Source: Promethearchaeota archaeon
Lineage (GTDB): Archaea > Asgardarchaeota > Lokiarchaeia > Sigyniarchaeales > SOKP01
Assembly: GCA_016839705.1 (NCBI GenBank)
Contig: JAEOTR010000062.1
Coordinates: 1 to 64,000 of the forward strand
Length of the DNA: 64,000 nucleotides
Direction of reading: 5' to 3'
Both the position numbers and the translations under genes were made by a program. Of the stretch, positions 10,071 to 20,475 are shown in pieces. The notes beneath the pieces are model-generated. The model saw only the letters and a program-made list of their open reading frames with translations, was not told where the DNA came from and did not search any database. How positions within the stretch are numbered: the stretch's first letter is position 1; every line of letters starts with the position of its first letter.

Positions 10071-10952
10071 ATGGAGTATAACCAGGTTTCTGAAAATGTA
10101 TTTGTGATTTTTTCTTCCCGTGCCTCTAATCCTTTGAAAACTGCTGCACAAACAGCTACTTCAACGTGTATAGCACTTCCTGATCAACTTATTTTTATCG
10201 ATTGCAGTCCATATCCGGATTTGAGCTCAAAATTCAGAGAAGATATGGAACAAAAATTTGACAGGAAAACAACTCATCTATTACTTACCCATTCTCACTG
10301 GGATCATATTCTTTCAATGGAGGTGTTTAACGATGTTGACATCGTATCCTCAGAGACGGGAGTTAATGAAATAAACAATACTCTTAATGCTTTAAACATT
10401 ATCGAAGAGGATAAATGGCCAACTATATTTCTCATTGAGGAACAAGAAATTCTTGATATTTTTAAAACTATAAAACTTTCTTTACCAAATATTCTCGTGA
10501 AAAATGAGTTAATAATCGGAAAGGAACCTTACGAACTAATCTTTCGTGTGTTGGGTGGGCATAGCATTGATTCTGCTTCAATATATTTCCCCCATGAAAA
10601 AGTGTTATGTGCTGGAGATAACTTAATTGAATGCTTTCCTCAACTTCCAGGAACCCCCTCTGAAACTTTTGACATATATAACTATTGGGAATCACTAGAT
10701 ATTGAGAAAATAGTTCCTGGACATGGAAATATTGTAGGTAAGGATTTCCTTGTAAAAATCAAGTTGTATTTTGAAAAATTATATTCTACGTTACAAGATC
10801 TTATAAAACAAAAAATTCCGAGAAAATCTGCTTTTACCCATCCGAGTCTTCCTAAATATTTTGCAGAATCTCAACCTAATTGGAGTGAGATAGACATGAA
10901 CTGGTTAGACATGACAATAAAAAGTTGGTATAGATATTTAAAACGAAAATAA
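10071..10952 (+). CDS. MBL-fold metallo-hydrolase (cyclase/glyoxylase-like)
   Basis: THSHWDH, GGHS, AGD and VPGHG motifs. Confidence 0.85.
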   Translation: MEYNQVSENVFVIFSSRASNPLKTAAQTATSTCIALPDQLIFIDCSPYPDLSSKFREDMEQKFDRKTTHLLLTHSHWDHILSMEVFNDVDIVSSETGVNEINNTLNALNIIEEDKWPTIFLIEEQEILDIFKTIKLSLPNILVKNELIIGKEPYELIFRVLGGHSIDSASIYFPHEKVLCAGDNLIECFPQLPGTPSETFDIYNYWESLDIEKIVPGHGNIVGKDFLVKIKLYFEKLYSTLQDLIKQKIPRKSAFTHPSLPKYFAESQPNWSEIDMNWLDMTIKSWYRYLKRK

Positions 10953-10976
10953 ATTCCTAATAAGAGAAATAGATAA

Positions 10977-13214
10977 ATGCATAATTTAACTGCAGAAAAT
11001 TTAAAAAGCGAGTTCCTAAAATTATTCCAATTTGATAAATTAGATTTTGAATTTGGAATTAGCAAAATTTCAAATATTAAAAAACAAGCCATTCAAAACT
11101 TTATTAACAATTTTCCACAGTTAAACCTCCCTGGAGAAAAAACAGGTGAAATATATCATTATTTATTGGAATTCTTTTCTAGATATTATTATAAAGGGAT
11201 ACTTTATAATCATGGAAATCTCATAAGTCCTTACGATGGGGACCAAATTGTTCTTCAATGGGCTAATAAGGATCAATATTATGTAAAATCCCTAGATCTA
11301 TCTCTCAAATCTAGTAAAAAAGATATACGAGATTATTTCATTCATAAAAATTTAAAAGGATATCTTGAAAAAGAGTTAGATTTTTTTATTCAGAATGAAG
11401 TTGTAGGTTTGAAGGATATAGATGGGCTTGAAATGGAAGCTCTCCAAATTAATTTTACAAAAGCAAAGAATGTTAAAAAGATAGCTCTTCAAGTTATTGA
11501 ACTCTTAAGCAAAATTGAGACTTTTCAACTAAAGCTTTGGAAAAAAATCCCTTTTATCTTGAATACAGACTACGTAATTACACTTGATAAAATAGTAGAA
11601 TATGCAGGAAATGATTTTTTAGACAGGATTAAAAGCCAAATCTTGAATAATAAAGCACAATTGAAAGAGTGGAGTGATTTATTTAAAATCACTATTGAAG
11701 ATACATCAGATTTATTGGGACAAACAAGTTTACCAATAGATACAAAATATTTTGATGAGGATTTCAAATGGGAATTAATTAGTATCCTGTCACAAAATAA
11801 TAATTTAGATGATATTTTGGATGGAATCCTCATCAAAAGCGATAATTTTCAAGCATTAAACTTAGTTATGAAAAAGTGGGGTAAGAAAGTGAAAATTATC
11901 TATATAGATCCGCCTTTTAACACTGGAAGTGATGATTTTCTCTATAAAAACGATTATATAGACTCTTCCTGGTTGGTAATGATGTATAATCGCTTAATTC
12001 AGGCTAAAGATATTCTTAATGAAAATGGGACTATTTTTGTAAGAATTGATAATAATGGGAATCATTACGTGAGATTCCTCTTAGATATGATATTTGGAAA
12101 ATCAAATTTCAGAAATGAAATTATAATCAATAAAACTAGAGCTAAACAACAACGAAAAAAACCATTTATTCAACAAACAGAGAGTCTCTTTTTTTATTCC
12201 GTTTCTGATGACTATTTTTTTTATAAAGTAGAACTTCCGAGAATGGAACCTAAATGGTATGAACTATTAGATTTTCCTAGACCAAATAAAATTCCCCGAA
12301 CTGTGTTAGGGAAAGAATATTATCCACCTAAAAATAGACGATGGGGATTATCTCAAGAAAGAATTAATCAATTCGAAAGTAAAGGAAAAATTAGGATAAA
12401 TAAAAATAAAAGTTATGTAGATAGTTTTGGGAACACAATAAACGAAAAACCTGAATTATTCTATGACGTTGATCCAGTCAGAAATGACTGGTTAGATATA
12501 CCTGGTTATTCTCAAGTCCATAAATTTTCAACCGAAAACTCCGAAGAAGTGCTTCAAAGAGTTATTAATAGTGGATCACAAGAAGGAGATTTTATTTTAG
12601 ACTTCTTTTTGGGATCTGGAACAACTGTAGCTACAGCACATAAATTAAATAGAAAATGGATTGGGGTTGAGATCGATACTCAATTTGAGAATTTTATTTT
12701 ACCAAGGATGAAAAGCGTTTTAAAAGGGGAAAAATCTGGTATCTCAAAGACATTAATTACTAAAAAATCTGGTTTCTTCAAGTATCATTACTTAGAACAA
12801 TTTGAGGATTCTATAGAAAATAGCGGTATTGAAATTCCAAAAAATAAAGAGAAAACTCAAATTGATGAGATCGAGGATCCATTTCGATATCAACTTAAAA
12901 CAGTCAAAGAGAATAAATTAGAAATTATTAATGTGGATTTAATTGAAACTTTTAATTATCTTATGGGAATTACAGTTAATGAAATGAAATATATTAGAAC
13001 AAATGGAAGAGTATATATTATTATTACAGGAAAGTCTGAGGAAGCAAATGTGGGCACAATTTGGCGTAAAACGGCGGATATTGATTTAGAGTTCGATAAA
13101 AAGTTCATTAAAGAGAACTTGGATGATGTTAAAATCGATATCTTATTTGTAAATGGTAGATGTCTAATTAAAAGTGCAAAGTCCATCGAGTCAGAATTAC
13201 TTCATATAAAGTGA
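10977..13214 (+). CDS. Site-specific adenine DNA methyltransferase, type III Mod-like (beta class)
   Basis: IYIDPPFNTG (motif IV) precedes LDFFLGSGTT (motif I); Mod-like N-terminal WANKDQYYVKS and DYFIHKNL. Confidence 0.88.
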   Translation: MHNLTAENLKSEFLKLFQFDKLDFEFGISKISNIKKQAIQNFINNFPQLNLPGEKTGEIYHYLLEFFSRYYYKGILYNHGNLISPYDGDQIVLQWANKDQYYVKSLDLSLKSSKKDIRDYFIHKNLKGYLEKELDFFIQNEVVGLKDIDGLEMEALQINFTKAKNVKKIALQVIELLSKIETFQLKLWKKIPFILNTDYVITLDKIVEYAGNDFLDRIKSQILNNKAQLKEWSDLFKITIEDTSDLLGQTSLPIDTKYFDEDFKWELISILSQNNNLDDILDGILIKSDNFQALNLVMKKWGKKVKIIYIDPPFNTGSDDFLYKNDYIDSSWLVMMYNRLIQAKDILNENGTIFVRIDNNGNHYVRFLLDMIFGKSNFRNEIIINKTRAKQQRKKPFIQQTESLFFYSVSDDYFFYKVELPRMEPKWYELLDFPRPNKIPRTVLGKEYYPPKNRRWGLSQERINQFESKGKIRINKNKSYVDSFGNTINEKPELFYDVDPVRNDWLDIPGYSQVHKFSTENSEEVLQRVINSGSQEGDFILDFFLGSGTTVATAHKLNRKWIGVEIDTQFENFILPRMKSVLKGEKSGISKTLITKKSGFFKYHYLEQFEDSIENSGIEIPKNKEKTQIDEIEDPFRYQLKTVKENKLEIINVDLIETFNYLMGITVNEMKYIRTNGRVYIIITGKSEEANVGTIWRKTADIDLEFDKKFIKENLDDVKIDILFVNGRCLIKSAKSIESELLHIK

Positions 13215-13316
13215 TCTTGATAAAATGGTAAAAAATAGTATTAGCAAATCATAAAGCTATTCTAGGAAAGTATTTGAGGAGCATACTATTATTCTATTAA
13301 ACGATTAGACCATTGG

Positions 13317-14591
13317 TTGACTTTTGTGCTGAACTCAAAAACAAATTCGATCGAAAATTACAATTCTAAGGGCTATCATGCTTGGCCAATCTTCCTGCTT
13401 GCATTCATTCGGTTATTTTATGTTTCAATATTCGAAAGAGCATTATCAAATTATTTATTATTTGATATTGAAATTCGAAAGAGCACATTGGGATTAATTT
13501 CTTCTGCTGGAGCTCTTATATATATTATCGCTCCAATAATAGGACAATTTGTGACCAAAAAGTTTTTTGGGATTCGAAACGCTCTCATATTTTCCTCTGT
13601 TGTAACACCCATATTAACAGGAGCACAAATAATCTTTCCCGTACCGTGGTTCTTGATTGTTTGTAGAGTATCGTTAGGAATTACGATGGGATTTTTTTGG
13701 CCAAATTGCCTTAACTTATTAAGCAGATGGCAAAGAATTAGTAGTATTGAAAAATCAAAGAAGAATTTTGCGTTATTTAATATCTCATGGAATTCTGGGT
13801 TTATTTTTGGTCTTATTATAGGTTTTATATGGGCATTTTCCTGGAGTGATTTCCTCGCGATGATAATATCTTGGATACTATCATTTTTTTTAATTCCTAT
13901 AAGTATTTTTATAAATAAAGACTCAAAACAAGGCATTAATGGTGAAACAGTAATTTATCAGACGGAAGATCCTCTCTCACACCTCGATATAGAGGAAGAT
14001 CTAACCATAAATCGAAATACACCTATGATAATTTATCCTATTATATTCTCATGGTTAGGAATTTTATTTTTAACTATCTCGAAATCAAGTTTTGCTTTTA
14101 GTTACCCCCTCCTTCTAAAAGCTTTTGAGGGTCCTTCATATATAACTTACTTAGTTCAATGTGGGCTTCAAGCAACACAATTAATTGGTTTAACCTTGAT
14201 AAATTCTATGAGTGTATATAAAAGAAAATTCGCTACATTCACGGGTGTAATATTTGTTATATGTTTTGCGTTTGCCGTTCTCTTCATTAGGGATATAATT
14301 TACATTTCAATATTTAGTGCCTCTATTGGACTTTTCTTAGGATTTGTTCATGGGACGGGTATGAAAATTATGCTTGAAAAAGGAGCAGCTCAAGATACTT
14401 CAAAATATGCAACTATAAATGAAATATTCATCGGGATTGGGTTCGGTTTAACTCCTATCATTGCGGGATATGTCTCTGAAATTAATATCTATTCAATTTT
14501 TGCCTTTATTGTGATTTTTGGATTCATTATTCTAGCTCTCTTGGTATACTACTCGCGAAATGTTAAAAAGCACCTCACAATCAATGCATAA
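13317..14591 (+). CDS. MFS transporter
   Basis: About 12 TM helices in a 6+6 arrangement with a central loop. Confidence 0.82.
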   Translation: MTFVLNSKTNSIENYNSKGYHAWPIFLLAFIRLFYVSIFERALSNYLLFDIEIRKSTLGLISSAGALIYIIAPIIGQFVTKKFFGIRNALIFSSVVTPILTGAQIIFPVPWFLIVCRVSLGITMGFFWPNCLNLLSRWQRISSIEKSKKNFALFNISWNSGFIFGLIIGFIWAFSWSDFLAMIISWILSFFLIPISIFINKDSKQGINGETVIYQTEDPLSHLDIEEDLTINRNTPMIIYPIIFSWLGILFLTISKSSFAFSYPLLLKAFEGPSYITYLVQCGLQATQLIGLTLINSMSVYKRKFATFTGVIFVICFAFAVLFIRDIIYISIFSASIGLFLGFVHGTGMKIMLEKGAAQDTSKYATINEIFIGIGFGLTPIIAGYVSEINIYSIFAFIVIFGFIILALLVYYSRNVKKHLTINA

Positions 14592-14727
14592 ACTAAGATT
14601 TCTCGTAATTACCCTAAGAGCTTATAAATTAAAAAAAATAATGTTAAAAGTTCAATAGAATAACATAAGCAATAATTACCACAAAATTTTAATTAATCTT
14701 AAAATATCTTTGTATGTGAAAAATTTT

Positions 14728-15060
14728 ATGGATACATCCAATATTATTGAGGAACCAGATAGTAGAATAAGGAAGTGGTTAGATCAACTTAAAACATTTA
14801 GATTATCAGCACCTATAACAAGTATTAAAAATTCAGAAGAAACAAACGAAGATCATGTAAGGCTAGCGGCATATTATTTATCCTTAGAAAATAAATCATA
14901 TGATACATTATGTTGGATATTAGCAGAAAAAATCCTGAAAAAAGCAGATTCTACACCAACAAACGATGAAATAAGGAAAAAAGCTGAAGAAATATCTGAA
15001 TTCGGAAAGACGTATGACGAGTTGTGTTATCTAAATGCCGAACTTGCTCTTAAAAAGTAA
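14728..15060 (+). CDS. Stand-alone gelsolin-X-type domain protein
   Basis: RIRKWLDQLK...AAYYLSL...YDTLCWILAE...KKAEEI...YDELCYLNAE matches the C-terminal half of 120..989. ATG at 14728; the ORF track starts at 14710. Confidence 0.75.
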   Translation: MDTSNIIEEPDSRIRKWLDQLKTFRLSAPITSIKNSEETNEDHVRLAAYYLSLENKSYDTLCWILAEKILKKADSTPTNDEIRKKAEEISEFGKTYDELCYLNAELALKK

Positions 15061-15171
15061 TAAATAAGGTTTAAAAATCTTCAACAACCCTTTTTTTTAA
15101 ATTGACTATTTTTTAAACATTTTTATCTGAAAGATTGTCATTAAAAACTTACAACCTAATATGAATATGAA

Positions 15172-15798
15172 TTAGTTTTTTTGAACAATGTAGTCAATAT
15201 AGCTATCTTTCATTGTTCGATCTTCCAGTTTCTTATGCAAAATTCTTTTTTCTTTAAATAATATCTCAATCTCTAGATTTTCAAAAAAACCATCTGACTC
15301 TTCATCTGTAAAAAAAGTATGCATAATCTTTTCATCACCTTCTATTTGTAAAAATTCTCCTGGGTTTTGCTCTTTACCTTTCCCAAAAAACTCTGAGTCA
15401 ACCGATAGGAAATTAATGAAACAAAGGCCACCCGGTTTTAGGACTCGAATCATCTCATTTATGGCTTTTTTGATATCTATTTTATTCATATGAAATATTG
15501 TATTCCAAGAATAAACATGCCCAAAATGATTGGATTCAAATGGAATTGAACGTATATCACCTAATTGCATAGAAAGTTCTAATTTATTTTGTTTTGCATA
15601 ATTCTCAGCTTCCTCTAATCTTTCTTCTAAAATTTCTATGCCAAATGTGTCAAAACCTAAGAGAACAAAAAGACTTAGTTTTGGTCTAGGACCGCCTGAA
15701 CCACAATCAAGAATTGGTCCGTTGATATCTGATTCTGAAATATAATTAAGAAAATTATAGAAAGGTGCGGGATATAATACCTCTTTGGCAATTATCAT
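15172..15798 (-). CDS. Class I SAM-dependent methyltransferase
   Basis: ILDCGSGG, GDIRSIPF and RVLKPGG motifs. Confidence 0.9.
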   Translation of the reverse strand: MIIAKEVLYPAPFYNFLNYISESDINGPILDCGSGGPRPKLSLFVLLGFDTFGIEILEERLEEAENYAKQNKLELSMQLGDIRSIPFESNHFGHVYSWNTIFHMNKIDIKKAINEMIRVLKPGGLCFINFLSVDSEFFGKGKEQNPGEFLQIEGDEKIMHTFFTDEESDGFFENLEIEILFKEKRILHKKLEDRTMKDSYIDYIVQKN

Positions 15799-15959
15799 AT
15801 GCTAATAATAATTAAATCTTTGAAAAAAGTATCTAGTTTTGATCTTCAAGAATTTTAAAATTATAAAAAATAAGAATTAGAGTTATATTCTAAAAATCTC
15901 AAACTACCATATTAACTCAACCTAATAATCTTTTTCTTAACATATGGTGAGAAAATAAT

Positions 15960-17948
15960 ATGATTTCAGATGTAATTTCGAGAGATAAGTCGAAAGCTTT
16001 TCTTTTTTGTAATGAAGCTATTGTTAGAGCTGCACTCGAATCAGATGTGAAAGTTGTAGCATTTTATCCAGGATCTCCCGTATCAGAAATTTTAGATACA
16101 TTCTTTCAGATCTCAAATGATTTTAATATTAAAATGGAAATAGCTACAAATGAAAAGGTAGCACTTGAAATAGTAGCAGGGGCTTCAATGGGGGGACAAA
16201 GATCACTAACAGCGATGAAGAGTGTCGGATTAAATGTTGCCTCAGATACATTCTTTAGCTTAGGGTATACTGGAATCAATAAAGGATGTGTTTTAGTCTT
16301 TGCTGACGACCCCTTTTGTCATTCATCCCAAAGTGAAGAAGATGGACGCTTTTTCGCCTCAAATGCTTATATTCCTATGCTGGAGCCCTCGGATCCTGTT
16401 GAGGCAAAAGAAATGGTGAAAGCAGCATTCGAAATATCAGAAAAATATCAAACTGTTGTATTAGTAAGAACCACGACACGAATTAATCATCAATCAACAA
16501 TTGTACCCTTAGATCCTTTAAACAGATCAGACTTCAAAACATCTAGCTTTAGAGCATCTAACAAAAAATACTCGACAGTCGGTTCTAAGGCTAGAGAATT
16601 AAAACTAAAAATGCTCGAACGAAGAGATAAAATTAAGGAAGAATTCGAAAAATCAAATTTTAATAAAATAGTTGAGGGAAACTTAGATTATGGAATCATA
16701 GTATCGGGAGTATCTTACAATTATGTATTGGAAACATGTGATAAGCTCAATATCACCCCTCCAATTTTGAAATTAGGAACCACGTTTCCACTTCCTCATA
16801 ACCTAATCCGCAATTTTATTAAGGATTTGAAGGGAGTAATAATTATAGAAGAATTATCCCCTTATTTAGAATTGCGAGTGAAAGCACTATCTAAAGATGT
16901 AAATCCTAATCTAAAAATAATTGGAAAAGAATCTGGCCATTTCAGTGAAGCCTTTGAATACAATATACCAATTGTTTATGATGTCTTAAATGAGATATAT
17001 AAAACTAATAGTAATCTCAACTATGATGCAATTTTGGAAAATGCTGCAAATTTAAAAACAGTTCTACCAATAAGAATACCAGTTTTCTGCCCCGGTTGCC
17101 CGCATCGAGCAACATTCTGGGCACTTAATAGAGCAATAGTAGGAAAATCTAATAAAATAGCGTTCATAAACGACATTGGTTGTTATTCGATGCTTCTTCT
17201 AAATAATGTTATCTATTCAAAACTGAACCCTGATGACTTACTTTTAGCAATGGGTGCAACTTTAGGAACAAGTAGTGGTATATCATTAAGTGCTGAAGAA
17301 AAGGTTATTTCTGTGATTGGAGATAGCACCTTTTTCCATGCGGGGTTGCCCGGGATGGTAAATATTTGTAATAATAACGAAGATGTTATAGTAATAGTAC
17401 TTGATAATTCTGTCACCGCGATGACCGGGCAACAGCCAAATCCCGGCACTGGGTATGGACCTGCTGGAGCTCCAAAAAACAAAATTCAGATTGAAAGCGT
17501 TTTAAAAGGCATCGGATTTAATAATATTGTTATTAATGACTGTTTTGATGCGAAAAATTGCATTCCTGCTTTTAAGAAAGCATTAGAAGAAAATGGGCCC
17601 ACCATTATCATATCTCGTGGTCCATGTGCACTATGGAATGATAGAAATAAGAGAAAAAGAGGAGAAAAAATTCAACCATTTTATGTCGATAATACTATTT
17701 GTCGTAAATGTCATACATGTATGCGCGATTTTTATTGTCCTGCGATAAGCATGGAATCTAACATTAGTGAGTTTACTGATGATAAAGGCAAATTATGGAA
17801 GGGGAATTCTTCTCATATATCTCAAGAATTATGTGATGGGTGTGGTGTTTGTTCTATTCTTTGCCCTTATACTGATCACGAATCTCGTTCCGAAAAGGAT
17901 GTAATAAAACCATTTATAACTCCGAGGGAGGTGTCTTATGATTTATAA
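15960..17948 (+). CDS. iorA: Indolepyruvate:ferredoxin oxidoreductase alpha subunit
   Basis: YPGSP, NEKVALE, MKSVGLNVASD, FCPGCPHR, TPP motif GDSTFFH...DN, TAMTGQQ and C-terminal ferredoxin Cys motifs. Confidence 0.93.
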   Translation: MISDVISRDKSKAFLFCNEAIVRAALESDVKVVAFYPGSPVSEILDTFFQISNDFNIKMEIATNEKVALEIVAGASMGGQRSLTAMKSVGLNVASDTFFSLGYTGINKGCVLVFADDPFCHSSQSEEDGRFFASNAYIPMLEPSDPVEAKEMVKAAFEISEKYQTVVLVRTTTRINHQSTIVPLDPLNRSDFKTSSFRASNKKYSTVGSKARELKLKMLERRDKIKEEFEKSNFNKIVEGNLDYGIIVSGVSYNYVLETCDKLNITPPILKLGTTFPLPHNLIRNFIKDLKGVIIIEELSPYLELRVKALSKDVNPNLKIIGKESGHFSEAFEYNIPIVYDVLNEIYKTNSNLNYDAILENAANLKTVLPIRIPVFCPGCPHRATFWALNRAIVGKSNKIAFINDIGCYSMLLLNNVIYSKLNPDDLLLAMGATLGTSSGISLSAEEKVISVIGDSTFFHAGLPGMVNICNNNEDVIVIVLDNSVTAMTGQQPNPGTGYGPAGAPKNKIQIESVLKGIGFNNIVINDCFDAKNCIPAFKKALEENGPTIIISRGPCALWNDRNKRKRGEKIQPFYVDNTICRKCHTCMRDFYCPAISMESNISEFTDDKGKLWKGNSSHISQELCDGCGVCSILCPYTDHESRSEKDVIKPFITPREVSYDL

Positions 17949-18537
17949 TATCATGACGTCTGGAGTGGGGGGACAAGGATTAATGTTAGTTTCAAATATA
18001 TTAGGATTAACATGTGCTGAATTCGGCTTAAATATAAGAACAGCTGAAGTTCATGGATTAGCTCAACGTTCTGGGGCGATTTACACTCATATTCGGGTAG
18101 GGGATAATGTATTTTCTCCACTAATTCCGTACGGTGAAGCTGATGTTCTTATGGGAATGGAAGCAATCGAAACGCTTCGATATATCGAATTTTTAAAACC
18201 CTCCGGAACCATAATTCTTAATAATTATCTGTGGTATCCTGTACAAAGCACATTTGAAAGAGTAAAAAATCCTGAAACTTCGTATGTTTCATTTGAAGTT
18301 ATTTTAGCGCAATTGAAGAAGGTTACTCAAGAAATACACATCATCAATGCCTTGGAGTTAGCAAATCACGCAGGAAATCCCCTTACATCCAATGTTGTTT
18401 TATTAGGGGCTCTAACAAAATTAAAGGGATTTCCTGTAAATATAGATCAAATAAAAAAGGTGATTTCTAATGCTGTTCCAAAGAAGGCTTTGGAAGCTAA
18501 TCTAAGGGCTCTACAATTGGGATTTGAGGCAATTTGA
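17938..18537 (+). CDS. iorB: Indolepyruvate:ferredoxin oxidoreductase beta subunit
   Basis: GVGGQG, AEVHGLAQRSG and NVVLLGA; GGAGGTG SD; overlaps the end of iorA. Confidence 0.93.
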   Translation: MIYNIMTSGVGGQGLMLVSNILGLTCAEFGLNIRTAEVHGLAQRSGAIYTHIRVGDNVFSPLIPYGEADVLMGMEAIETLRYIEFLKPSGTIILNNYLWYPVQSTFERVKNPETSYVSFEVILAQLKKVTQEIHIINALELANHAGNPLTSNVVLLGALTKLKGFPVNIDQIKKVISNAVPKKALEANLRALQLGFEAI

Positions 18538-18614
18538 TAACAAAGAAAATCGTTTTTTATGATTTCTTCTTTTTCTTTTCACATCAATAGTTTCTCAATA
18601 CTAAAATTTTATTT

Positions 18615-19106
18615 TCAGAATAATTTGGGAATCCACTTTGGGGTTTTTCTTTTATATGCTAAATATTCATCCCCAAACAGTTCTTCTAAAACTTTTTCTT
18701 CATAATTAACCATTTTATTGTAAATCACCACTATAATGAAAAAAAGAACGATACAAATTATCGAGATGCTGAGAAACAACAGGGATACATACACCAATAG
18801 AATACCAAGATAAAAAGGATTTCGAACACGATTAAATATACCTTTAACAATAAGTCTATCAGAAGGTTCATTCTCTTTAAAAAGTATATCATGAGAGATC
18901 TTCATTAGGACTATTGAAACAGATAAAATAATGATAAATAAAACTAACCGAACGACTGAAGGCACATATCTATCTAAAATAATTGAAAATGAAAATAGTT
19001 GAGTATCCAATACCCATATTATCACAAAAGTAATAGGCAATGTAGCTTGTATTAAATGAGAATGTTTTACTTCTCCAAACTTAGTATTATCTTCATCTAA
19101 CTCCAT
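18615..19106 (-). CDS. ICMT/PEMT-family membrane methyltransferase
   Basis: LIVKGIFNRVRNPFYLG...EEKVLEELFGDEYLAYKRKTPKW. Confidence 0.88.
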   Translation of the reverse strand: MELDEDNTKFGEVKHSHLIQATLPITFVIIWVLDTQLFSFSIILDRYVPSVVRLVLFIIILSVSIVLMKISHDILFKENEPSDRLIVKGIFNRVRNPFYLGILLVYVSLLFLSISIICIVLFFIIVVIYNKMVNYEEKVLEELFGDEYLAYKRKTPKWIPKLF

Positions 19107-19144
19107 TATTTATCAACTATAGTTTAATTAATTATTATGTTATA

Positions 19145-19795
19145 CTAAATTGATATTGTTATTAATAATGGCAATACTAACATAACTAATATTATAATCC
19201 AAAACCAAATAGGACCAAACATTTTTGTCTTCTTTCTATATTCTGAATATTCCTCCTTAAAACGCACACCAACATCATATGTTTCCTCTAATTTCGCTTG
19301 AACGAAATTAGCTAATAAAATTAAGGGATATATGATTAATCCATCAAGATTTATTGATCTTAAACCAAGTCCTAAAGAGAGAATAATTATTCCGAAATAT
19401 ATGGGATGTCTACAAAAAGAATAAATTCCTTTTGTCAATAATTTCCCCGCGGTATCTTGTGCCCCAACTGCTTTACGAATTAATAAAGTTCTTATTAATA
19501 TTATAACTCCAAAAATTATTAAAATTAAACCAAATATGTCAAACCACCTTACATTTAAAGCGTGATGCAGAAGGGAAGGTTTCTGGATTACGGTCTCATC
19601 AGATGGTAACAACATAGAAGTATAGCAAAATAGATTGAATATTATAACTGAAACTAGATTTATGCTCGTACTTTCTAATATTTTTGAATACTTTTCTCGA
19701 TTTTTAAGAAAATAAGCAAAAATCGCTGTAAGAATAAATACAGATCCAATTAAACTTAGTCTAATCGTCCACAAAATTGACATAAAAACCCTCAA
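19145..19795 (-). CDS. ICMT/PEMT-family membrane methyltransferase
   Basis: LLTKGIYSFCRHPIYFG...EE...EYSEYRKKT. Confidence 0.85.
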   Translation of the reverse strand: MRVFMSILWTIRLSLIGSVFILTAIFAYFLKNREKYSKILESTSINLVSVIIFNLFCYTSMLLPSDETVIQKPSLLHHALNVRWFDIFGLILIIFGVIILIRTLLIRKAVGAQDTAGKLLTKGIYSFCRHPIYFGIIILSLGLGLRSINLDGLIIYPLILLANFVQAKLEETYDVGVRFKEEYSEYRKKTKMFGPIWFWIIILVMLVLPLLITISI

Positions 19796-19819
19796 ATTAA
19801 CAATTATTTTTATTCTAAT

Positions 19820-20431
19820 TTAAATTCTTCTTATTTTAATAGGTAAATATCTTCCTACGTTATTCCAGTAATTTTTATATTCTTCCCCAAATCTTCGAAG
19901 CAAAAATTTTTCTTCATCAACTGTTTTTGAATTAAACGTAAGAATGTTAAAAATACATATCAATAATATAATTATCGTTGGAATAATTAGAAAAGAGCCA
20001 ATAACAAGTAAAAATATACCAAAAACAATAGGATTTCTCATTATTCTATAAATTCCAGAAGTTATAAGCTCGGTATCATCAGTAGGTAATTCAATCCTAA
20101 AATTTATACCAAGTGCAATAATTCCTAATATTTCAAATAGAAATCCAATTGAAATGCTAATCATACCAATTATAATTGATACATTATTAGATAAGAAATT
20201 CAAGCGCCATAAAGTCTCTATTAAATTATTGAGAAATATATATGAAATAATAAGACCTAACCATAAAAAAATCGAGATAGAACTTAGTCTTGTTAAAATT
20301 GACGACCCTTCATGAGTGCCATGAAAATCTTTTCCTTTCTTTTTTACTAATATAATTGGCCAAAAAAAACCAATTAAAAATAAAATTATACTAATGATAA
20401 AAAATGATTTTATATATATTGTTTCTATTAT
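19820..20431 (-). CDS. ICMT/PEMT-family membrane methyltransferase (probable ATA start)
   Basis: LITSGIYRIMRNPIVFG...EEKFLLRRFGEEY. The frame stays open upstream of the tracked TTG (20203) to 20437 and adds hydrophobic helices; GGTGA SD at 20438-20442. Confidence 0.8.
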   Translation of the reverse strand: MIETIYIKSFFIISIILFLIGFFWPIILVKKKGKDFHGTHEGSSILTRLSSISIFLWLGLIISYIFLNNLIETLWRLNFLSNNVSIIIGMISISIGFLFEILGIIALGINFRIELPTDDTELITSGIYRIMRNPIVFGIFLLVIGSFLIIPTIIILLICIFNILTFNSKTVDEEKFLLRRFGEEYKNYWNNVGRYLPIKIRRI

Positions 20432-20475
20432 TTTAATTCACCGCTTTTAATCCTATTTTCTCTCAATTGAATATA

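Noticed and set aside
10977-13214. Defence island or mobile element around the methyltransferase
   Set aside because: No integrase, transposase, restriction nuclease or flanking repeats are present.
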